Origin: Eledone cirrhosa
Taxonomy: Eukaryota
Assembly: GCA_964016885.1 (NCBI GenBank)
Contig: OZ024755.1
Location: forward strand, 5,766,001-5,830,000
Direction of reading: 5' to 3'
DNA: 64,000 nucleotides
Shown here: positions 46,709 to 59,630 of the stretch, one piece after another
Numbering within the stretch: the stretch's first letter is position 1
Layout: each line of letters starts with the position of its first letter
Notes under the pieces: generated by a model
Told to the model about the DNA's origin: nothing
What the model saw: only the letters and a program-made list of their open reading frames with translations
Database searches by the model: none
Translations under genes and position numbers: made by a program

Positions 46709-49700
46709 TTAAAGATACATCAGCAGCGCTTTAGACAAACTGAGGAGACAAAAGTCGATAACACAGAATACCTGGAAGCATAAAAAATATCTTGAATATA
46801 ATAATAATGATGATGATGATGATGGTGATGATAATGATGATGGCGATGGTGGTAGTGATAATTGTGGTGATGGTGATGATGGTGATGATGGTGATGGTGG
46901 TTTGGTGATGGTGGTGATGATGATGATGGCGATGGTGGTAGTGATAATTGTGGTGATGGTGGTGATGGTGATGGTGGTGATGGTGATGATGGTGATGGTG
47001 GTGATGATGATGATGGTGGTGTGGTGATGATGATGATGATGGTGGTGGTGTGGTGATGGTGGTGATGATAATTGAGGTGATGGTGGTGATGGAGATGGTG
47101 GTGATGGTGGTGATGGTGGTGATGGAGATGGTGGTGATGGTGGTGATGACGATGGAGATGGTGGTGATGGTTGTGATGGTGATGATGATGGTGATGATGG
47201 AGATGGCGGTGATGACGATGGAGATGGTGGTGATGATAATGGTGGTGATGGTGATGGTGATGATAATGGTGGTGACGATGGCGATTGTGATGACGAATTC
47301 GCTCTGTAAAGATATTTTGCTTGTTATTGCTGAGCTGGGAGATGGTAAATTTGTTAGGGAGCTGGTAAATTAGAGCTACTTCAACACCAGGCAATCATAT
47401 AACGGATGGCCAGGTGGGGGAGATTGCTCCGAGCGAGACTTGATAGCAACAACAACAACAACAACAACAGCAACAACAACAGCAACATTAGTAACAGCAA
47501 CAATAGTACTGACGATATTGTAATTGCATAAAAACAAAAATATATCTGCATCATCATCATCATCATCATCATCATCGTCGTCGTCGTCGTCATCATCATC
47601 ATCGTCATCAGTATCAGTAGGATAACTGCCAACAGCATGACAAAACTATCAACAACTGCAGAGAATTGCTAGTAACTCTATGAAGTACTGTAACAAGGGC
47701 ATCAGCAATGTCACCACCCGCCTACCATCCTCAAAGAATAACTCCAATGATATATGATAGTCGACAAGTGAGGCTGTACATGGTTGCCAGATATGCTACA
47801 AACCACAGCCAAATTTTCCACAAATCACAATCTGCCGCCATATAAAACAATATAATTGTTTCCACTTTTGGCAGAAGGCCAGCAATTATCCCAGTGTATT
47901 ACTGGTACTTTTATTTCTAGCAGGTCATGTGAACCTCTAGCAGCAGTTTTGTTTATATTTTTCACCAGGATAATAATTGTTTCTACTTTTGGCACAAGGC
48001 CAGCAATTACCCAGTACATTACTAGTACTTTATTTTATCGACCCCGTAAGGATGAAAGGCAAAGTTAACCTCGGCGGGATTTGAACTCAGATCATAAAGG
48101 GCTTTGCTACAAAGCATGGCTTCGTCCGACCCTCTAGCGATACTGCCAATCCACCGCCCATATAAAACAATATAATAAAGACACTGCTAATTGTTTTTAC
48201 TTTTGGCACAAGGCCAGCAAATACCCAGTACATTACTGGTACTTTATTTTATCGACACCGATAATGTAATCTTAGCTACAATACATTGAATAAATAAGTC
48301 AATACATTGAATAAATGGTCAAGGGCTGTGGATTGTCAATATCAGTAGAACGTCGGCTCTTTACGTTCTCAGTTCAAACCCCGTTGAGGCTAGCTTTGCC
48401 TTTCATCGTTAAGGGGTCGATAAAATAAAGTAGCAGTAACTTACTGGTGTCGATTTAATCCACTTTTCTCCTTCCGCTCAAAATTGCTAGCCTTGTGCCT
48501 AAATCAGCTCTAGAGTAGCACAGAGGAGACTGAGGTGAGCTGGACATACTCACCGACATCCAGAGTTGACACTGCACTCAGTGCTCCTGTGGGAGCCCCT
48601 GCATGGACACACTGGAAGAGGGAGACTGAGGTTGATATATGTTGATGCCCTAAAGACAGACACTGGTCTCTTGGGGACGCAAGACATGGCAGCGATGATG
48701 AGGGACAGAGACCGCTGGAGAGAACTCGTCCATGGATCTCTGGAATTTTACCCGCCCTATATATATATAACAAAGGAATTGTGGTAAGGAACCATATGGA
48801 CCATAACGCACCAGAGTACTCAATACTTAGGGTAGTAGAGTGGGGAATAGGAAAAAGTATTACCCCGACGGCAGAGCTCAAGCCGCTTCGACGGCTATTT
48901 CTGGACTATTTCTGTCCAGAAATAACCGTCGAAACGGCTTGAGCTCTGCCGTCGGGGTCATACTTGTTCCTATATATGTATATGTGTGTGTGGGTCTATT
49001 TATCTAAAGCTCTGTTATCGTGTCTAGACACTCACATACCTATCCGTGCGTGTAAGTATTTACTGTACACACACACAGACACACACACACCTCTCTCTCT
49101 CTCATTTCTCGCATCAGTCGGCCTATTAATCAATCGCTGAATATATTGTATAATTGATTGACTGTTACATACATTTCATTGGCTGTCCAGAAATGAAGTC
49201 TGCCACCGCCATCGCCGCCGCCGCCGCCATTCTTACCTTGCTACAGTGACCTGTGACCTCTTCAAAGCCACCAGCTTTCTTATACGCCTCAGTTCTCTTC
49301 TTCAAGCCGTTCGTTGAGCCAATTCCACTCGTGATCGTCTGACCACTAACTTCATTAACAAGACTATTAGCAGCCTTATTCCCAGACACTGGCTTTTCAA
49401 GACGTTCTTTTAAATTGAATCATTGAATCTTTGTTTTATCATAACAGAGAGAGGGAGAGAGAGTTTTATACACATTTACATCCCCCCCCCCCCACACACA
49501 CACACATTAATAGTTCGATATACCGTCTTCGTACTAGTTTTAGTGCCAATAAATCTTTCTTATAGTTCTAGCGTCAATCACCATGCTTCGCTGCATAGAG
49601 TTATTATCCCTTTTCATTCTGAGATAAAATCCCGCCGAGGGTAGCTTTGTCTCGCATCCTTACGGGGTCGATGAAATAAAGTACCAGTAATGTACTGGCG

Positions 49701-50595
49701 TCGATTTAATCGATTTTCCCCTCCCCCAAAAATGTTTGGCCTTGTGTCTAAATCAGAAACAATTATTATTATTATTTATTTAAATTATTCCTAATCTAGA
49801 CACGATGCCTACAATTTGTGTGTGGGGGTGCGTGTGGGAATTATATCGAACCTGGTATTTGACTGGTACTTTATTTTATCGATCACAGAAGGATGAAAGC
49901 CAAGGATGAAAGCTCAGTGGGAGTTGAAAGTTTACATTTCTCGGCTCAAAGTACAGTAGAGTCTGGGTTAGTCGCAGACCACAGCCGAACGTCTGGGTTA
50001 GTCGCAAACTGCAGCAGAGTCTGGGTTAGTCACACTGCATCAGAACCTGGGTGAGTCACAGACTGCAGCAGGTTTCCGCTAGAGAATCTGTCGTTGCATG
50101 TTGCATCCCAGATGACGGGGTTTACCATCACGGAACGGGAAGCTATCTAGTTGTTTAACGATTCTATTTGTAGGCGTGCTGTTTTGTGAGATTATAAGGA
50201 CAGATACGCTTACTTCTTATTTACTTATTTGTTTATTTAGCTAGTTATTTAGTTATTTATATTGTTTTCTAATGTATTACAGTGCCATAAAAATATGAAG
50301 GGATATAATCTCTAGTGTAATGGAAATGAATAGAAGCTATTTTAGCGTTTGCAGCTTTAAATAATTTATTGGGTTCCATTTTTATTTGTATGGTGTTTCC
50401 TTTCCTAATTTTGATGAATTTCCTCTTATCATATTGTTGATTTTTTTAATGTCTGTTTTCGTTCAAAATAACACACAGATTGCTCTTATCGTTTTTACTT
50501 ACTACAATTTCATTGTTACTTTTGAAATCCTGTAGAACTAGTTTAAGAGTCCTGATGCTGTTTGTTGTTGTTGTTGTGTTTATATCTAAGTTCAT
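46709..50595 (-). CDS. tentative spliced gene model (50595-50503; ~49428/49406-49237; 46771-46709), unrecognised
   Basis: [31 protein letters not shown]|gtaagt; open exon ...[12 protein letters not shown]...[12 protein letters not shown]|gtaaga; ttttttatgcttccag|[20 protein letters not shown]. The middle acceptor is uncertain, and the phase-0 option contains an in-frame TGA. Confidence 0.28.
47855..48258 (-). mobile_element. SINE family A full copy (47973-48160) flanked by two 3'-end fragments
   Basis: Match to the family A consensus, with a repeated ccgcc(c)atataaaacaatataat flank. Confidence 0.85.
48325..48508 (+). mobile_element. SINE family A
   Basis: Match to the family A consensus. 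Confidence 0.8.
48512..48750 (+). mobile_element. RTE-clade LINE 3' remnant
   Basis: Reads ...[44 protein letters not shown]...[15 protein letters not shown], the characteristic RTE ORF C-terminus. Confidence 0.8.
48767..48972 (+). mobile_element. (TA)n-inserted hairpin element, copy 3
   Basis: Same leader and palindrome as 10593 and 23433. Confidence 0.9.
49575..49925. mobile_element. tail-to-tail SINE family A pair (49575-49765 +, 49790-49925 -)
   Basis: Match to the family A consensus in opposite orientations. Confidence 0.75.
49955..50072. repeat. short ~29-bp tandem repeat (GAGTCTGGGTTAGTCGCAGACTGCAGCA-like) x4
   Basis: Direct inspection. Confidence 0.75.
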
Positions 50596-50810
50596 TGCCT
50601 TCACACATGAATAAGTCTCGCAGTTTCTCATCAATTTTTAATTTACATTTATCACTGAGAGTCACGAGACGTAGATAAAGAAATTTCAGCTCAAATTTCT
50701 CTTTTGGTCACGTTTTCCTTTAAAGTGGGGATTTCCGCCGAAATTGAAAAGTGAAATTTGATTAACGTTAAGTGTGGGCTGGGGAAAGTAGCGAAATATA
50801 TACGTATATA

Positions 50811-51479
50811 CAGTGGCAGACTGCGTCTAAAAATAATGGTTGCCAGGAGATGAAGGGGGCCCAGCTACATATAGAATGCTATCATTTAATTTGTATATTG
50901 AATAAATAACATTTTCGGAAAATACATAAGTGGAAACCAATTTTTGCGGGAAAATATCTTACCTTCTCCAATAAGAAATATTATGTATTTTGCGAAATCC
51001 AGAGACTTTCAGTAATGACCAGAAGTCGACTCTAAATATTACTAATAGCTCTAGGAGAGCCATGAACGACACCTTTTTAACTTTGAATTTGAAAGTAGGT
51101 TTATAATTATCAATTTTCACTATACTTTTGTAGCTGTCTCGGTGGCTTAGTTGGAGGAGTCATAGACTGTTGGGATCCTGGCCTGAAGTTCGATCCTGGT
51201 CGGGAGTAGGGTTCCCGGTAAACCTTTTCAGTTTTTTTTATTGGTTGTAAAATAAAAACTGAAAAGGTTACATTGTACCTCTTGACCAGGATTGAACCCA
51301 AGACCAGGATCTCCACCGTCTCTAGTACCTACCGCTGGGCCACAGAAACAACTACAAAAGTCTTATGAAAATTCATACTTATAAACCTACTTTCAACATT
51401 TTCAAAGCAAAGTGTTGCGGTGTCCTTCATGCCTCTCTTAATGTTATGGCTCCTACTTAAGGTCGACTTCTAAATCATT
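50811..51479. mobile_element. hAT-like element whose right part (51014-51479) is a foldback carrying two convergent tRNA-like Pol III units
   Basis: Start CAGTGGCAGACTG matches 3337. The arms are mirrored around ~51245, and A/B boxes occur on both strands. Confidence 0.65.
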
Positions 51480-53192
51480 TGGGTGTTCCATAAACTACAT
51501 CCTCGTTTTGTTTCTCATCTATTTAGACTACATTTTTTACCTGTAATCCATGTTTCATTTCTGTTGCACCTTCTCCCCCCCCCCCTCTCTCTCTATATAT
51601 ATATATGTTTTTGCATGTCAGTTAGAGTCAAACTTACAATGATTGGCATTATACATACACACATATATATGCGTATGTGTGCGTGCCTGTGATTGTGCGT
51701 GTTTACGTATATATGTATATATATATATGTATGTATATCTGTTTGTCTGCATGTATTTGTGTGTGTGTACTGGTGCAGGAAGTGTTGCTTCTGAAGCCTG
51801 AGGTTCCGAGCTCAAACTCGCTGCGTGACATCTTGGGTATGTATCTTTTTACTCGGAACCGCCACGGGTCGGTGTAAGCCTTGTGAAACAAATTGACATG
51901 ACTCAACAAGGAAACGAAACTAAGTTAAACATTTCGTTTCGCGAAGATCTCACATTTGCTCTCTACTAGACATGATTCCCAAGAAAGCGTGGGGGTATAT
52001 ATAAGAATGTTATAAACATTGATTTCTCCTTAATTATAAGCTTGAATAAAATAATGATTGATAACAGATATTTGCATGCGATTAGTTTTTGTGTATGTAA
52101 TTTGGCAGTCAGTTATGTTTGAGCTGAAGTTGACGTTCACTTCATCTTCAAACAAACAAATGAACAGACAAAATAACACCGCTCTAATTAATGTATGGCT
52201 GTGTGGTTTATACTTCTGATTTGCAGCTACATATTTTCTGGTTCAATTCTACTAAACGGCACTATATGTGTGTGTATGTGTGTGTATGTGTGTGTATAGT
52301 GGCGAAAAACATTCAGGATAACTGGATGAGAGCCATATATACATAAATGATGGCTGCAACTCGATTTCAAGTAATGTCATCGCTTGATATTTAGGCATGG
52401 ACATGACAGACATGGCTTTTTAGTCCTGCTAGGAACTTGCCTATTTCGAAGACCTTCTCCTAGAGAGATGTTCTAATGAAGACTGGGGGTCTCTCTCTCA
52501 TTCCAGAAACAAATATTGGATGACCGTTCACTTTTCTGAGTTCCTCGGCTCTTTGATGGGTTTTGTTTTTCATCCCACAAGGTGTCCGAAATCACACTCC
52601 TCACCAAGGAAGCTTGGTGTGGTTGCCAGTCTAGTCGCTGACGAGCCGACCAAGCAAGCTTGGTGGGGTTGCTGGTTTACTTGCTGACGAGCCGACCATG
52701 CATAAGTTCTACTGGGTTACATGTTACCCGGAGCGTGAGAAATCATCAGGAATGAAAACTTTTTAGTCCTGTAAAAGTCATTTCTATAGTGCATATTAAT
52801 AATCTATAGTTTAATTAATAATCTTCAAAGGATGAAAGGCAAAATTGACCCCGGTGGAATATAAACTCAAGCTGCAGAACAACAGAACGAATATCACGAG
52901 GACTTCTATTCGACATTCTAATGATTCGACTAATTTCTCTACCTGTTATAAACACAATAGTTTATGGCAACTTCTAGCAGTGTTCCTATTTTGATATTCA
53001 GTTACAATTCACCATTATTGTACTTTTGACCAACTTGCACCACAAATTGTTAAAGGCACTAATATTACAAGACTATAATCAACTCTAGTCAATACCACTA
53101 ATTAACCAGTACTAAGTAGCTCTGGTTTCTAATGCTGAAGTAAATGACTATAAAATGTTACCATTTCATTTCATACAATGACTGTCTGTATA

Positions 53193-53239
<47 letters not shown>

Positions 53240-53719
53240 TATTCAGGCCAGTTACGACAACGGCACCATACCAGGTACGTACGTTTATATATGTATGTAT
53301 ATTTATATATATATATATATATACATACATGTGTGTGTGTATATATATATATATACATGTGTGTATATATATATATGTATACATATATATATATATACAC
53401 ACGTGTATATATATATATGTTCTTCTTTTTGGTAAATATCAACTTGGTTAAGAGAGTGGGACTGGCTTTGTGCAGTGCCTTTGCTCACTATAAAAGCTTC
53501 ACGGCACAGGCATTGCTTTGTATCTGGAGATCTCTCTGCACTTGTCATTACGTGGTACCATGGGCCCAGCGCTATGTGTCAATAATTGTCACAGGTGTAG
53601 TGTTTGTACCAGAGTTTTCAAGTCGCTGGCTGGACTAAATAGTCACACTCGTTCAGCGTATCGGTAGGGGTTCTCCTACATGGATATAAAGTAGTGGCCG
53701 TACTCGAAAACGAGTTGGC

Positions 53720-54239
53720 AGCCACCATATATATATGTATACATATACGTATGTATACATATACACATGTATATATATATACACACGTGTATATATGTAT
53801 ACATATACATGTGTGTATATATATACATGTGTATGTGTGTATATATATATATGTGTATGTGTGTATATATATACATGTGTATGTATATATATATATATAT
53901 ATATGTGTATATATATATATATATGCATATACATGTGTGTGTGTATATATATATACATATATACATATATATATATATACATGTGTGTGTGTATATATAT
54001 ATACATATATACATATATATATATATACATGTGTGTGTGTGTATATATATATACATATATATACATGTGTGTGTATATATATATACATATATACATATAT
54101 ATATATATACATGTGTGTGTGTATATATATATATACATATATATATATATACATGTGTGTGTGTGTGTATATATATATATACATATATATATATATACAT
54201 GTGTGTGTGTGTGTATATATATATACATATATATATACA

Positions 54240-54329
<90 letters not shown>

Positions 54330-55565
54330 AAATCAATTATTTAAATATTGATGCACCAAACAGCGTGTGTTCAATACATTGAAATGTACATTACATTAAG
54401 GTATACTTTTATAAGCGGTGCAGGGTTTTAGCCACCACTGTGATATGTAATTGAATACACTTGGGACAAATGTAAACAAATGGGTAGTTTTGTCTCTGTG
54501 GACAGAAAAATAGGGGAGAATGGGCTGATTGTCTTGATCCAGGCTGTGATTGCTCACGAGATCACGTAACCATCTCTCTCGCTATTAAATCTCTTTCTGA
54601 CCACGAATAGAGATCCAGCGAATAGCTATTTATAGCCACTAAATATCATTGATGAAGTCACTAAATCGAATAGTCCGATTCGATTTGCATGATTCGTGGA
54701 TTTATTGGTTACGTTCACTATTATGTAAATTACCGATGAAATAACTAGCGTATCTTTACTACTTTGAAATGTACATTAATATATAACTTTATAAGTAAAC
54801 TCCTAACCAGGTTAGGCTTATCATCCGACCCCTTTTTATTGTACACGAAAAGATGAAAGAATTAGTACATCTATGTTGTTCGTCTCGTCCCCAAACGCCA
54901 CCAGAACCTTCGATTTTATAAGAACACACAGAACAACAAAATGGAAGACTGTGTCTCTAGGCTGAGTGTATATGCAACACATGAAAGCATGTACTGTGTA
55001 TTGTATATTCAGAAATCAGACTGGAGAATTATTTGCAGTGTTGCTGCAACTGAGGGTCATTTCTCACCATTCGATTGGCTAGCTGCATTCTTCTAGTCTA
55101 TACAAGCAGACATGTTCCGACTATTCAACACCACATTATACCTGCAAACATACATGCACACACACACAGACAGACAGACCACATATATATATATGTACAT
55201 ACATATATATATATATGCATACTACACACACACACACACAGACAGACCACATATATATATATGTACATACTTGCATAATACACACACACACACATATATA
55301 TATACATACATACATGTACATACATATATATATGCATAATACATACATATATATATATATATATACATAATACATATATATATATATACATAATACATAT
55401 ATATATATATATATACATAATACATATATATATATATACATAATACATATATATATATATATATATACATAATACATATATATATATATACATAATACAT
55501 ATATATATATATACATAATACATATATACATAATACATATATATATATATATATATATATACATA

Positions 55566-55608
<43 letters not shown>

Positions 55609-55637
55609 CATGCACATACCTACATATACATACATGC

Positions 55638-55686
<49 letters not shown>

Positions 55687-57019
55687 TACATAGACAAGCA
55701 ATGTAGTGAAAAATAAATCTGTATAATAATAAGAACAAAACAAATAAACAAAATTATGAATGAACATGAAAATACAAAATATTCTAAGAACGCCAGCTGG
55801 GAGCCTATATATTCTTAGTATCGATTATATTCACATTAGGTACCGAATACTGATCCATTTTCCGTGCTTTTTCTTCTTCGATTCTTTCTCTTATTATATA
55901 TCAAGTGTTTCTTCTTCAAATATTTCTTTTGTTTCTTTTCTATTATCCTTATTGATTTTCAATTCCGAAATATGTCTTTTTACTGAATCGAAACCTATAT
56001 TATTGATTATTTCTATCATATAATATCGTATCGTATCACATCATATCATATCATATATCCAATTCTACGAATAATCTTAATCATATTTTTGTAAAATATC
56101 TTTTGCTCAACGGCGTAAATTTAAGATGGTCTTTCTTTTTCTTTCTTCATCTTTTTCTTTTTTTCTATTTCTTCTTCGTCTTCGTTTTTCTTCGTCTTTT
56201 CTTCCTAGTTTTCCTCTTCTACCTTCTCTTCTTCTTCGTCTTTTCTTCCTAGTCTCCATCTTCATCCCGACTTCTTCCTAGTCTCCATCTTCTCCCTCCT
56301 CCATTCCTTCTCCCTGTCACATTTGTATTTCCAATCAACAAAATACCTACACTTCGATAACTTCGATTATTTTTAAAACTAAACGATTCGTGGTGATGGT
56401 GGTATATATATGTGTATATATATATACACATATATATATATATACATATACATATATATGCATATATATATACATATGCATATATATATATATACATATA
56501 TATGCATATATATATACATACATATACATACATATACACATATATACATATACATACATATACATACATATACACATATACATACACACATATGCATATA
56601 TATACATATACATACATACATATGCATATATATACATATACATACATACATATATATACACATACATATATATATATACACATACATATACACATACAAA
56701 TACATACATACATATACATACATATATATACATATATATATACATATATATATATACATATATACATATATATATGTATATACATATATATATATATAAA
56801 CATACATATATACATATATATATGTATATACATATATATATATAAACATACATATATACATATATATATGTATATACATATATATATAAACATACATATA
56901 TACATATATATATGTATATCCATATATATATATAAACATACATATATACATATATATATGTATATCCATATATATAAACATACATATACATATGTATATA
57001 TATATACATATTATATATG

Positions 57020-57051
<32 letters not shown>

Positions 57052-57195
57052 AACATACATATATACATATATATATGTATATCCATATATATAAACATAC
57101 ATATACATATGTATATATATATACATATTATATATGTATATATATATACATATTATATATGTATATATATATACATATATATATATACATATACA

Positions 57196-57227
<32 letters not shown>

Positions 57228-57616
57228 CATATACATATATACATATATACATATTATATATGCATATACATATATACATATATACATATTATATATGCAT
57301 ATACATATACATTATATATGAATATACATATACATATTATATATGCATATACATATACATATACATATGTATATATATATACATATTATATATGTATATA
57401 TATATACATATTATATATGTATATATATATACATATTATATATGTATATATATATACATATATATATACATATACATATATAATATATGTATATATATAT
57501 ACATATATATATACATATACATATATATATATATAATATATGTATATATATATACATATATATATACATATACATATATATATATAATATATGTATATAT
57601 ATATACATATATATAC

Positions 57617-57647
<31 letters not shown>

Positions 57648-57670
57648 CATATATATACATATATATATAC

Positions 57671-57701
<31 letters not shown>

Positions 57702-58334
57702 CATATATATACATATATATACATATATATACATATATATATACATATACATATACATATACATATATATATATACATATACATATACATATATACATAT
57801 ATATATATACATATACATATATACATATACATATATATATATACATATACATATATATATATTATATATGTATATATATATACATATATATATACATATA
57901 CATATATATATATACATATACATATATATATATTATATATGTATATATATATACATATATATATACATATACATATATATATATATACATATATATATAC
58001 ATATACATATATATATATTATATATGTATATATATATATACATATATATATACATATATATATACATATACATATATATATACATATATATATACATATA
58101 CATATATATATACATATACATATATATATACATATACATATATATGTATATATATATATATACATATTATATATGTATATATATACATATATACATATTA
58201 TATATGCATATATACATATATATATTATATATATATATATATACATATATACATATTATATATGCATATATACATATATATATACATATTATATATGCAT
58301 ATATACATATATATTATATATATATATTATATGC

Positions 58335-58431
<97 letters not shown>

Positions 58432-58878
58432 GCATATATATATATATTATATGCATATATATATGTGTGTGTGTATAATACACAATCACCCACAGAGAGA
58501 GAGAAAGAGAGAGTGCCCATGTGTTAAAGTGTTTGCTAGGGAATGGTGATGTTTCGAGTTACGTCTCAATCCATATATCTTGATCTGTGGTGGGTGACAC
58601 AAACCCATCTTAATGGAAGCAGTGTAGCTGTATTTCTGTTGACACGCATACGATGGCGTGTAAGCTGTCAACTAAAGACCCTGTCTTTGTCACACAATAT
58701 CACGTCAATTCTGTTGAGAGATTATGTTGTGTAAAGCTTGCTGTGTCTTTTCTGGAAAGACGAGCCATTTGCTCGATCGAACAGCACCTCAATTGAATGC
58801 TCATCGAACAGCTGCTATACTTATGTGTTGAAATCGATACAAAAGTTAGAGTTCATCGTGTTTATTTACATACATAAT

Positions 58879-58911
<33 letters not shown>

Positions 58912-58942
58912 TATGTGTGTATATATATATATATTAATATAT

Positions 58943-58977
<35 letters not shown>

Positions 58978-59037
58978 TATGTGTGTGTGTATATATATAT
59001 ATATATATTATGTGTCTGTATATATATATATATATAT

Positions 59038-59083
<46 letters not shown>

Positions 59084-59117
59084 GTGTCTGTATATATATA
59101 TATATATTATGTGTCTG

Positions 59118-59152
<35 letters not shown>

Positions 59153-59290
59153 TTATGCATATATATATGTGGTGCATATATATATATATATATGTGTGCG
59201 TGTGTATATATATATAATTTATATACGTGTGTGTATATATATATATGTATGTGTGTGTATATTTATATATATATATATATAATGTGTGTT
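53720..59290. repeat. several long (TA)/(CA)/(TACA) cryptic microsatellite tracts (53720-54330, 55150-55690, 56400-58480, 58870-59290)
   Basis: Direct inspection. These tracts are the source of the YI/HT/CV-rich ORFs. Confidence 0.93.
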
Positions 59291-59527
59291 TGTGTATAAT
59301 GGGTCTTTAATGGAACTTAAATCAAGATGTTTTGTATTTGTTCTTCCTTTCTCTCTATCCCTGTGTATGTGTACCCGTGTGAGCATACGTAAATATATGT
59401 GTTGGTATATGCGTATTTATGTTTATATATGTGTGTGTGTGTGTGTGAGAGACAGTGTATGTGTATGTGTGTCGATATTTCTAGCGCTTTTGTTACTTTC
59501 GATCTTTTGTCTTTCATCTACTTTGTA

Positions 59528-59630
59528 GAAGCATGGGCAACATTTTTCAAGCAGTGGGCCGCATAGGATATGGCTCATCATAAAGTGGGCCGCATAGGAT
59601 GTGGATCATCATAAAGGTGGGCCGCACTAC
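59528..59630 (+). mobile_element. hAT-like terminal fragment with subterminal repeats
   Basis: gcatgggcaac start and three GTGGGCCGCA motifs in a ~31-bp tandem. Confidence 0.45.

Noticed and set aside
56249-58549. Long YI/HT/CV-rich ORFs here and at 25.3-26.1, 34-35, 37.4-39.2, 41.4-42.5, 45.1-46.7 and 53.6-55.8 kb
   Set aside because: They are translations of dinucleotide microsatellites that lack stop codons by composition.
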